A stretch of DNA of 64,000 bases from Fusobacterium sp. Its GTDB lineage: Bacteria > Cyanobacteriota > Vampirovibrionia > Gastranaerophilales > Gastranaerophilaceae. This document shows positions 56,129-64,000 of this stretch, piece after piece. The DNA lies in NCBI GenBank assembly GCA_023662905.1, contig JAMPIJ010000006.1, positions 426-64,425 of the forward strand, read 5' to 3'. A program made the position numbers and the translations under genes. Numbering within the stretch: the stretch's first letter is position 1; the number at the start of each line of letters is the position of its first letter. Under the pieces are notes generated by a model. That model did not search any database, was not told where the DNA came from, and was given only the letters and a program-made list of their open reading frames with translations.

Positions 56129-56202
56129 AATTAATCCTTAATCCACTTAATAAATGTATATTATATAGTAAGAAATCCCCATTTGTCAACGCCTTAGCAT
56201 AC

Positions 56203-56233
56203 ATAAAAGAGGAGCTTTTAAAAGCCCCTCTTT
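56203..56233 (-). terminator. Terminator after the K/E-rich small protein gene
   Basis: Long imperfect hairpin AAGAGGAGCTTTT/AAAAGCCCCTCTT followed by TTTTAT on the minus strand. Confidence 0.55.
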
Positions 56234-56242
56234 TGTAAAAAT

Positions 56243-56527
56243 TTATGCATTGTCTTTCTTTTTATTTTTAGCTTCGTCGATCTTTTGTGCGACTTTTTCT
56301 TTAGCTTCATGAGCCTTTTCTTTTACGCGCTCGCCTGTTTCATGAGCTTTTTCTCCCATCTTCGCCGCCCCATCCTTTATGCGTTCGCCTGTTTCGTGAG
56401 CTTTTTCCTTAACTTTTTCAGCGCCGGCTTTGAGGTCTTCTTTTACCTCTCTGGCTTTTTCTTTAGCTTTTTCAGCTGTATCAGACATTTTTTCTTTTAA
56501 CGTTTCTTTTTCTTTTTCGTTTTTCAT
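56243..56527 (-). CDS. Small Lys/Glu-rich repeat protein (CsbD/LEA-like stress protein guess)
   Basis: The start at 56527 (MKNEKEKE) follows AAAGGA. Repeats EKAHETGER-x-K occur three times. Confidence 0.5.
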   Translation of the reverse strand: MKNEKEKETLKEKMSDTAEKAKEKAREVKEDLKAGAEKVKEKAHETGERIKDGAAKMGEKAHETGERVKEKAHEAKEKVAQKIDEAKNKKKDNA

Positions 56528-56692
56528 AAAGAATCCTTTCTGGCACAAAACCATTAGTAACACATTTATTATTAAGTACATCTTCTATAATAAAATCCCG
56601 CAAAAGTATTGATATATTTAAAATTCTTAGACTTTAGTCTAATAGACAGAGAATTTATTTCTCCTAAAATATTGTAGGAGGGGGGCAAGGAT

Positions 56693-56890
56693 ATGAAAAA
56701 GGATTTGACAGAACGAGAACAGGAAGTTTTAGAACTTATAATCGCAGGCCACACCAATTCACAAATAGCAGAGAAACTAGAAATAACCCTCCATACAGCA
56801 AAAGCGCACGTTCAGGCAATTTTATATAAATTAGGCGTAAAAAACCGTATTCAGGCTGCAATCATAGGGTTGAAACAGCATAATATATAA
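56693..56890 (+). CDS. Stand-alone LuxR/GerE-type HTH regulator
   Basis: 65 aa. LTEREQEVLELIIAGHTNSQIAEKLEITLHTAKAHVQAILYKLGV. Confidence 0.85.
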   Translation: MKKDLTEREQEVLELIIAGHTNSQIAEKLEITLHTAKAHVQAILYKLGVKNRIQAAIIGLKQHNI

Positions 56891-56942
56891 CACACTATTG
56901 AAATACTCCCTCAAATATGGTATAATCATTACATTGAGAGGT

Positions 56943-57620
56943 ATGAAAATTATGAATAAATTAAAAGGGTTCACATTATCCGAGATATTAATTGCGATGT
57001 TGGTTCTGGGCATAATCATCGCGGCATCAGTTCCTGTAATTTTACAAATGACCCCGAACAAAAATGCTATTATGATGAAAAAAGCTTACTACGCAACGGA
57101 AACGATAATCGAAAGCCTTATTAATGATGTAACTTATTATCCAGAAGATGAAAGCGCACCCGGTTTTCAAAATACAGAACAAGTAAAAGTTGCAGGTACG
57201 ACGATTGATACAACCGCAGCTTCTAAACTTGCCTGCCTATTTGCTTCCAAATTAAATATTAAACAAGATTTGGCTAGCGTCTGTGCCGGTTCACCAACCC
57301 TCGTAACAACAATGGACGGTATGGACTGGGATTTAAGCGGCCTAACAAATGGAGCTACAAACTATTTACGAGTTGATGTTGACGGCGAAGATAATGGACT
57401 TGACCAGTTCTATACAACTATAACTGGCACCTGTCCTGCTGTTTACACTTGGAATGGCACAGGCACTTGCGGAGCTGCAACAGCCAAAACCAAAAAGAAA
57501 TTTGACCGAATACTTATAACAATCGGATCAGACGGAAGTCTTTCTATTCCAGCTGATCAGGAAGCGTTTATCGACATTCTTTCTGGCAAGACAAAACTTA
57601 TTGGCGGTGACGAAGATTAA
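56943..57620 (+). CDS. Type IV pilin-like (prepilin N-terminal cleavage/methylation domain) protein
   Basis: MKIMNKLKG/FTLSEILIAMLVLGIIIA with Glu+5. The start at 56943 follows GAGAGG. Confidence 0.75.
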   Translation: MKIMNKLKGFTLSEILIAMLVLGIIIAASVPVILQMTPNKNAIMMKKAYYATETIIESLINDVTYYPEDESAPGFQNTEQVKVAGTTIDTTAASKLACLFASKLNIKQDLASVCAGSPTLVTTMDGMDWDLSGLTNGATNYLRVDVDGEDNGLDQFYTTITGTCPAVYTWNGTGTCGAATAKTKKKFDRILITIGSDGSLSIPADQEAFIDILSGKTKLIGGDED

Positions 57621-57628
57621 TTTTAATA

Positions 57629-57970
57629 AAGCAGACGGGTAATCGCGCTTTCGCCTGACGGAAGTGAGGAAAGTCCGTGCATCTAAGGGCAGATCGCCGG
57701 AGAAAGTCCGGACGGTGTGAACCGGTGGATAGGACCACAGAAAACATACAGCCGATGGATTTTATATCACAGGCAATGGTGCAACGGTGAGGTAAGAGCT
57801 TACCGGCGGAGCCGAGAGGTGACGCGTCAAGGCAACCCCCGATTGGATGCAAGATTAAATTGAAGACTAAGGCGGCCCGCCATCTTCAGACAAAATCGCT
57901 GGTGGTTCACAGTAATGCGAATCCAAGACAGATGATTACCGAGAAACAGAACACGGCTTATGACCTGCTT
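57629..57970 (+). ncRNA. rnpB: RNase P RNA, bacterial type A
   Basis: Conserved blocks GAGGAAAGTCCG, CACAGAAAACATACAGCC, GGTAAGAGC, AGACAGATGATTACC and ACAGAACACGGCTTAT. P1 pairing AAGCAG/CTGCTT. Ends are approximate. Confidence 0.88.
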
Positions 57971-57977
57971 TATTTTT

Positions 57978-58008
57978 TAAATCTCCCTTGAACAAAGGGA
58001 GATTTTTT
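57978..58008 (+). terminator. rnpB terminator
   Basis: AAATCTCCCTT/AAGGGAGATTT stem followed by TTT. Confidence 0.7.
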
Positions 58009-58066
58009 AATTGAAACTTTTTTACATACATCACGTCATTACCTCTAGAGAATAGGAGAGAGTAGT

Positions 58067-58975
58067 ATGGATTTATGTAAATTTGAATATTTTGAAGAGC
58101 AGTTTGAAGATGAGCCGAAAACATTTAGCTGTATCGCTCATGAAGAAGATATTTTACAAATGTATTTGAAAAGTATCGGCAAGATTAAGCTTCTCAAACC
58201 CGCAGAAGAAAAAGAACTCGGGCGTCAAATTCAAGAGGAAAAAGGGTTGAAAGCTGAACTTGCGAAGAAAAAACTCGTCAAAGCAAACCTTAGACTTGTT
58301 GTGAGTATCGCAAAAAAATACATCGGGCAGGGAATCCTGTTTATGGATTTGGTTCAAGAGGGCGCGCTCGGTTTAATCAAAGCCGCGGAAAAATTTGATT
58401 ACTCGAAGAACTTCAAGTTTTCAACTTACGCTACGTGGTGGATTAAGCAAACAATTATGCGCGCGATTGCAAACAACGCAAAGTCAATTCGCATTCCTGT
58501 ACACATGATTGATAAGATTCGCAAATACAACAAAACGAAGTCGAAACTTCTTCTCAAAACAGGTATCGAGCCAACCGAACAGGAAATCGCCGACGCAATG
58601 GATTTGCCGCTAGATAAAGTTCTACAAATCAAACGCGCAATTCTAAAAGAGCCAATCAGTCTTGAAACACCGGTGACAGACGATTTAAACGTAATGGATT
58701 ATCTGGAAGATACCACCTACAAGTCGCCTGAAACCCAAATCAACGACAAAATAGTACGCAAAAATATCGACGAATTAATGACCATTCTGAACGACAAAGA
58801 AAAAGAAATTATCCGCTGTCGTTTCGGAATCGACAACACAACGACAAAAACCCTCGAACAGTTGGGCCAGAGCCTCGGCTATTCAAAAGAAAGAATTCGT
58901 CAACTTGAAAACGTAGCGCTCAAAAAAATCAGAGAAAACAAAAAATTCTCACACCTGAAAGAAGTGCTTGAATAA
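58067..58975 (+). CDS. RNA polymerase sigma-70 family factor (RpoD/SigA-like, short N-terminus)
   Basis: Regions 2-4 are visible: [54 protein letters not shown]. Confidence 0.88.
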   Translation: MDLCKFEYFEEQFEDEPKTFSCIAHEEDILQMYLKSIGKIKLLKPAEEKELGRQIQEEKGLKAELAKKKLVKANLRLVVSIAKKYIGQGILFMDLVQEGALGLIKAAEKFDYSKNFKFSTYATWWIKQTIMRAIANNAKSIRIPVHMIDKIRKYNKTKSKLLLKTGIEPTEQEIADAMDLPLDKVLQIKRAILKEPISLETPVTDDLNVMDYLEDTTYKSPETQINDKIVRKNIDELMTILNDKEKEIIRCRFGIDNTTTKTLEQLGQSLGYSKERIRQLENVALKKIRENKKFSHLKEVLE

Positions 58976-59021
58976 AACTCGATTTTATCATAAAATAGCG
59001 CTTATAAAGGGAGTATTAATT

Positions 59022-59972
59022 ATGGTAAAGAAGAGAATCGGTATTGACGTTGGCGGTACAAACGTTAAAATTGCGCTTGTAACCGACGAGGGTCAGATAA
59101 TTTATTCAAACTCAGTTCCGACACGCGCGGAAATGGGTTACGAATACACAGTTAACAATATCAAACAGGCAATCTACGACCTGATGAAAGAAACCAAAAC
59201 CGAAGCAAAAGAAATTCAAGGTATCGGTTTTGGTTTCCCTGGGCAGGTTGACTGCCAGAATGGCGTAGTGAAACTTCTTCCAAACATTCCAGGCTGGGTA
59301 AATGTTCCTATCGCAAAAATGCTTGAAGATGAATTTCATATTCCGACAAGAATCGACAACGACGCAAGATGTGCGGCACTCGGCGAATACTTTGCAGGTG
59401 CTGGCAAAGGCTGTCAAAACCTCGTTTGCGTAACAGTTGGAACCGGCGTTGGGTCAGGTTTGATTATCAACGGCAAAGTCGTTCGCGGTGCAAGCAACGC
59501 GGCAGGCGAAATCGGCCACATCAAACTTCAAATGCACGACGGCCCTATGTGCGGCTGCGGCGATACAGGATGTATGGAAGCGTTCGTGTCCGCTCCGTCA
59601 ATTGTTGCGATGGCAGAAGATTACATCAAAGGCGGCAAGTCAACAAAATACAGAGAACTTGCAAACCCTGATATTTCAGCCTACATCGTAGCAGAAGCCG
59701 CAAAAGCAGGCGACAAAGTTGCACAGCGAATCTTCAAAACAATGGGCGAATACCTTGGAATCGGGCTTGCAAGCGTTGTAAACCTTTTGAACCCTGAACG
59801 CGTAATCATCGGCGGCGGTGTAGCTGACGCAGGCGAAATCTTCCTAGAACCTGTCAGAAACACTATCAAAGACCGCGCGATGGAAATCGCAGGCGGCGCA
59901 GTAGAAGTTGTTCCTGCACAACTCGGAAACACAGCAGGCGTCATCGGCGCAAGCCTTTTAATCGAAAGTTAG
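59022..59972 (+). CDS. ROK-family glucokinase
   Basis: IGIDVGGTNVKIAL, GAGKG and the zinc motif GHIKLQMHDGPMCGCGDTGCMEA. The ATG at 59022 follows AAGGGAG. Confidence 0.85.
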   Translation: MVKKRIGIDVGGTNVKIALVTDEGQIIYSNSVPTRAEMGYEYTVNNIKQAIYDLMKETKTEAKEIQGIGFGFPGQVDCQNGVVKLLPNIPGWVNVPIAKMLEDEFHIPTRIDNDARCAALGEYFAGAGKGCQNLVCVTVGTGVGSGLIINGKVVRGASNAAGEIGHIKLQMHDGPMCGCGDTGCMEAFVSAPSIVAMAEDYIKGGKSTKYRELANPDISAYIVAEAAKAGDKVAQRIFKTMGEYLGIGLASVVNLLNPERVIIGGGVADAGEIFLEPVRNTIKDRAMEIAGGAVEVVPAQLGNTAGVIGASLLIES

Positions 59973-59978
59973 AGAATC

Positions 59979-60929
59979 ATGATTTATTTTTTCTACGGAG
60001 ATGAAGATTTTAATATAGATTTGGAGGTCGAAAAGCTTAAAAAAGAACTCGACCCCAATTTTCTTGAGATGAGTTTCAAGACTTACGATCACCCCAAATT
60101 CCCTGACCTTATTGCGATTTTGCGCACACAACCAATGATGTTTGGCAAAATGCTTATCGTAATCGATTGTGTCAAATATTTCTCAGAAACCTTTGAAGAT
60201 AAAGAGATTAAACAGATTACAGAAGCCCTCGAGGACAATAACGAAAGCCTCGACATCGTTTTCACCGCTAAAATCCCACGTGACGAGGGCAAAAAATTGG
60301 ATTCACGCAGAAAATTATTCAAACTCTTAGTCAAACAAAATTCAAAAGAATTTCCGACGATTCCGACCTACAAGCCGGAACTCGGGGCATGGATCTCTAA
60401 ACAGGCAAAAGGCTACAAACTCAACCTCACGCCTGACGCCGTTCAAATGCTGATTTCGATGATTGGAAACAATCTGCGCCAGTTGGATTCCGAAATCCAA
60501 AAACTCGCAATCTCCGTTCATCCGAAAGACACCGCAGATGAAAACGACGTAAAAGAAATTTGTACCAACAACGAAGACCTTTTCGCGCTTTCTGACGCCT
60601 TGATGCAAATGCAATACGACACTGCGCTTCTGGAATACAAAAAACTTCTGGACAAAGACCACCCGATTAAAATCCTTGCAACGCTTCAAACAATGGTTAG
60701 AAAATGGGTTACGCTCAAAGCGAACTCCAAATCAAGCCCGTTTGAACTCGTAAAACTCACAGGGATGAACGAATACGTTATAAAATTAACGCTCCAAAAG
60801 ATGAAAAACACGCCGCTTCGCGACCTTGCAGCGCTTAAAGAAAACCTTACGACCTGCGAATACCGTATCAAAAGCGGTCAGGCACTTGATGTAGAAAGAG
60901 AGGTGGCAAATGCTTTCTTTGTACGATAA
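59979..60929 (+). CDS. holA: DNA polymerase III subunit delta
   Basis: 316 aa. Begins IYFFYGDEDF. Size, layout and its position next to holB fit HolA. Confidence 0.65.
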   Translation: MIYFFYGDEDFNIDLEVEKLKKELDPNFLEMSFKTYDHPKFPDLIAILRTQPMMFGKMLIVIDCVKYFSETFEDKEIKQITEALEDNNESLDIVFTAKIPRDEGKKLDSRRKLFKLLVKQNSKEFPTIPTYKPELGAWISKQAKGYKLNLTPDAVQMLISMIGNNLRQLDSEIQKLAISVHPKDTADENDVKEICTNNEDLFALSDALMQMQYDTALLEYKKLLDKDHPIKILATLQTMVRKWVTLKANSKSSPFELVKLTGMNEYVIKLTLQKMKNTPLRDLAALKENLTTCEYRIKSGQALDVEREVANAFFVR

Positions 60930-61767
60930 ATACCCATTTTTGATGAAATATTTCAGCCGCGAAAATGTTTCTAAAATTTCGCACTGCATTCTGTTTTTCG
61001 GAAGCGATGCGCCATCACAATACGAACTTGCACTCGAAGTCGCGCGGCTTTTGAACTGCAAAGAAGACGGCGCACCGGATTGCGAATGCCTAAACTGCAA
61101 ATGGATTAGAGAAAACCAACACCCTGCGGTCAGAACCGTTTCACGCGTCGACTACAAACCAACCGACGATAAAACCAAAACCGTAATTTCCGTCCGCCAA
61201 ACTCAGGAAATCAAAAAAGACCTTATGGTAACCTCAGATTACCACCGCGTCATAATCTTCTGCGACAAGGACGACGACGGAAACGTTCAGGGTATAAATT
61301 ACCGTGTTTTTCAGGAGGAAGCCGCAAACTCGCTTCTTAAAACCTTTGAAGAACCACCGTCAAACACGACTTTCATTTTTCTCACCAAAGACAAAACCGA
61401 TATGATTTCGACAATTGTTTCACGCTCACAATGTTTCTTTGTCCCTGCACAAATGGAAGAAAACCGTGACTTTTCGTTTGTTTCAAGCATAATGGAAGGC
61501 TACATGTCGCGCGACAAAAACGATGTATGGAACTTCAAAGACGAACTTCTTGCGATAATCAAAGAACACGGCTTCGACACAACAATTAATCAGGTCGAAA
61601 GCTATCTAAATTCACTCCTAAAAAGCAATTACCAGAACGGCCAGCTTCGCATAAAACTTCTTAACGACCTTAAAGCTGTAAGTTTAGCAAAAAAACAGGC
61701 GGCATTAGACATCCAAGCCCCGAGCGTCATCGAAAATCTATCCTTTGCACTATTCAATATCAATTAG
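60910..61767 (+). CDS. holB: DNA polymerase III subunit delta prime
   Basis: Degenerate P-loop region ILFFGSDAPSQYELA, zinc-module-like C-x-C-x2-C, LLKTFEEPP and the SRC-type motif IVSRSQCF. Confidence 0.7.
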   Translation: MLSLYDKYPFLMKYFSRENVSKISHCILFFGSDAPSQYELALEVARLLNCKEDGAPDCECLNCKWIRENQHPAVRTVSRVDYKPTDDKTKTVISVRQTQEIKKDLMVTSDYHRVIIFCDKDDDGNVQGINYRVFQEEAANSLLKTFEEPPSNTTFIFLTKDKTDMISTIVSRSQCFFVPAQMEENRDFSFVSSIMEGYMSRDKNDVWNFKDELLAIIKEHGFDTTINQVESYLNSLLKSNYQNGQLRIKLLNDLKAVSLAKKQAALDIQAPSVIENLSFALFNIN

Positions 61768-61777
61768 GAGCGCTAAT

Positions 61778-62725
61778 TTGAAAATCGAAAACAATAATCT
61801 GGAAAACGAGATTACATCCATTGAACTACTAGACACCTGTGTGAAATTCTTTTTTAAAAATAGAACAATGGATATAATCTGCCACTATTCTGATTTTAAA
61901 AGTATACTCTTAACTATTAATCATTCAGCCTTTTTGATTGACCAACCAATGTCGGATAAGGCAGTATTTCATCTTATTATAGAATTCACATTACCTGACG
62001 ATAGATATATTAAAATCACACACGATATAATTTATAATGATGATGGGTATAATATAGCAGAAGCTCTTGCATTTAGAAAAATATACAAAATCATTGATTA
62101 CGTATTAAAATGCCCAAATTTCGCCCATACTATAGATATAAAACAAGAAGAACCGGTCGATTTTGAGGAACTTATTGAGAAAGACAGAAAATTTATTGAA
62201 GAAAGCTCTGAATTCTCAACACTTCCACAAGATACACAAGAATGGATTATTGAGCGATATCAACTAGAGAAGGAAGCAGCTAAATTGCAGCAAAGTATGA
62301 GCTTTCTATTCTCAACCCATGTTGAAGAAAACTCACGTAAAAACTATACAAAGAATATCAATCGCTACATAGCACAAAAACGTTACTTCCCTGAATTTAA
62401 AAGGTTCTGTCCTCAAGAACGCCATGGCGCTGCAATTTATCTAGACATTTTAATAACAGTATCGTGTGCATTTCTGTTTTGCGGCGGCCTTTCAGAAGCA
62501 CAGATGACAACATTTGGAGAAGTTATGTTGTATCTCGGCGGCATAGGTTTACTTATAACATTATATATGGACTTCGCACTCTTAAAAGATGAAATCTTTG
62601 ATTTCAAAAATCCTCTGGACAACTCTTCTCAACTGGTGTTAGTTTGGATATTACCGGTTTTAAAATTTATTATTTTAACCCCAATATTTTATCAAGTTTT
62701 AAAAGCCTATTCTTATATCCATTGA
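61778..62725 (+). CDS. Hypothetical membrane protein
   Basis: The TTG at 61778 lies 7 nt after AGGAG and after the holB stop. C-terminal TM segments (ITVSCAFLFCGGL, LYLGGIGLLITLYM, LVWILPVLKFIILTPIF). Confidence 0.5.
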   Translation: MKIENNNLENEITSIELLDTCVKFFFKNRTMDIICHYSDFKSILLTINHSAFLIDQPMSDKAVFHLIIEFTLPDDRYIKITHDIIYNDDGYNIAEALAFRKIYKIIDYVLKCPNFAHTIDIKQEEPVDFEELIEKDRKFIEESSEFSTLPQDTQEWIIERYQLEKEAAKLQQSMSFLFSTHVEENSRKNYTKNINRYIAQKRYFPEFKRFCPQERHGAAIYLDILITVSCAFLFCGGLSEAQMTTFGEVMLYLGGIGLLITLYMDFALLKDEIFDFKNPLDNSSQLVLVWILPVLKFIILTPIFYQVLKAYSYIH

Positions 62726-62784
62726 CCTTTGCACTATTCAACGCATAAAAAATATGTTATACTTAAAATAAAAGAGGATTTTTT

Positions 62785-63411
62785 ATGTTTTTTAACAGAC
62801 GGTGCAAAATAACATTCATTGCCCACGGCGCAACGATTTATTCAGAAGAAAATCGCTATTCAAACTGCGAAAATTACCCGCCTTTGAACGAAGCCGGCTA
62901 TGAAGAAATCGAAAAAATCTGTCTTTTCCTCAAAAAACGCTCAGTAAAAAACGACAAAATTTATTCATCCTGCGGCACACGCGCTGTTGAAAGCGCAGAA
63001 CTTATCGCAAAACTTTACAAATCAGACATTGAAATTGTCGAGGATTTAAAACCATTACTCTGCGGCAACTGGAATAATAAGACGCTAAAACAAATAATCA
63101 AAAACCAACGCGAAACGCTAGAAAAATTTGTACGTGAGCCTGATGAGAGAATCTGCCCTAACGCCGAAACGCTTACGGAATTTGTCGACCGTGTGGGTGA
63201 ATCAATCGAAAAAATTATAGAAGAGAACATCGGCAACCGGATTATCATTGTTACCTATCCAGACGTAATTCAGGCGGCAATCGTTTCAGCGCTAAACTTA
63301 CCGAAAGATAAAATCTTCAACTTCTACATCAAAACGGGTTCTGCGACGCAAATCAGCTACTACGAGAAACTCAACTCGCTGAAATACTCTGGCTATTTAC
63401 CGATATATTAA
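62785..63411 (+). CDS. Histidine-phosphatase (phosphoglycerate mutase-like) superfamily protein with atypical AHG motif
   Basis: KITFIAHGAT...PLNEAG...IYSSCGTRAVESAE follows the branch-1 histidine phosphatase layout. Confidence 0.65.
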   Translation: MFFNRRCKITFIAHGATIYSEENRYSNCENYPPLNEAGYEEIEKICLFLKKRSVKNDKIYSSCGTRAVESAELIAKLYKSDIEIVEDLKPLLCGNWNNKTLKQIIKNQRETLEKFVREPDERICPNAETLTEFVDRVGESIEKIIEENIGNRIIIVTYPDVIQAAIVSALNLPKDKIFNFYIKTGSATQISYYEKLNSLKYSGYLPIY

Positions 63412-63485
63412 ATTTGTAACAATTTTTGCATATTCTGAAATCAGCCAACGTCAAAATTCTTCTTATTATTTATGGAGAGAGAAAT

Positions 63486-63776
63486 ATGATTTCAGCAGTA
63501 GACAACAACAAAAACCAATACTTTGAACGTGTCGGCGCTGTCAGTATGCAGGCGCAACGAGGTTATCCACCCGAATTTCTTCAAGACCTGCAAAAGAAAA
63601 CAGGCGGATATGCCACCGGCCGCGTTGACAAAACTTTCGGAAGCCTTTTGACTTACGGACGCTCAAACGCCAAAAGCGCCAACCCGTTTGATGGAATTGG
63701 CAGCAAAGAATTTAATCTTTCACATCCTAACGTGAAAGACGAAAATACTGCGCAGAAATTCGACTTTATAGCCTGA
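63486..63776 (+). CDS. Hypothetical small protein
   Basis: The ATG at 63486 follows GGAGAGAG. 96 aa. Begins MISAVDNNKNQY. Confidence 0.45.
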   Translation: MISAVDNNKNQYFERVGAVSMQAQRGYPPEFLQDLQKKTGGYATGRVDKTFGSLLTYGRSNAKSANPFDGIGSKEFNLSHPNVKDENTAQKFDFIA

Positions 63777-63778
63777 AC

Positions 63779-64000
63779 CTACGCTGCGTAGTACATTTTT
63801 CCCCTGAAGTCACTGTCATCATAATATGCTCTGCTTTCAGGCATAGATGTTGACGGCCCTTTTGCACCTGCGTAAGCAAATGTATCTTTGACAAAGTTCT
63901 TGTCATAAGCTTCGGTCAACAATTCTTTATCAGACGGTTGTTTAGCAGGACGGGTTACATAACCAAAGGTTTTTTGTTCTTGCGGCTGTGCAACAGGAGT
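63779..64000 (-). CDS. Hypothetical protein, 3' fragment (runs off the window)
   Basis: The open frame on the minus strand from the window edge to the TAG at 63779-63781 translates as ...TPVAQPQEQKTFGYVTRPAKQPSDKELL...GKMYYAA. It is not in the supplied ORF track. Confidence 0.4.
   Translation of the reverse strand, partial: TPVAQPQEQKTFGYVTRPAKQPSDKELLTEAYDKNFVKDTFAYAGAKGPSTSMPESRAYYDDSDFRGKMYYAA

Noticed and set aside
57598-57852. 84-aa minus-strand ORF
   Set aside because: It lies antisense within RNase P RNA, so the RNA gene explains the region.

Overview
The window comes from a low-GC diderm bacterium. It encodes TonB-ExbB-ExbD, an autotransporter, an MlaA homologue and type IV pilin-like genes. 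GH57, HEAT/PBS-lyase-type repeats and a short RpoD-family sigma fit a Melainabacteria/Vampirovibrionia-like genome, but that placement is a guess. Positions 1 to about 10450 form a visibly more AT-rich integrative island that ends at the 3' end of tRNA-Arg(UCU). The island carries a tyrosine integrase, an Xis-like HTH protein, an XRE repressor and defence-like cargo. That cargo includes an AbiL-like ABC-type ATPase plus RloB pair, a DUF3800 protein, a tail-anchored gene pair, and a tightly packed five-gene cassette behind the XRE repressor. The cassette encodes three small proteins (two exported), a single-domain classic AAA+ ATPase and a membrane-anchored TPR protein. I cannot match it to any named system, and it is my best candidate for an undescribed system. 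The rest of the window is mostly chromosomal housekeeping: glnA, rsmH, ahcY, aroC, hup, an rpoD-like sigma factor, a ROK glucokinase, holA, holB, RNase P RNA and initiator tRNA-Met. Several features there deserve a second look:
- a GC-rich, hairpin-containing intergenic repeat family with three copies;
- a shared N-terminal leader ending in an F-G motif on four or five otherwise unrelated proteins;
- a pilin-like gene put out of frame by an 11-G homopolymer downstream of a perfect consensus promoter;
- an MlaA/alpha-beta-hydrolase fusion;
- a membrane-anchored glycogen-synthase-like giant protein;
- a Pmp-repeat autotransporter.
I saw no CRISPR array, rRNA or transposase. All calls rest on motif recognition by eye; no searches were run.
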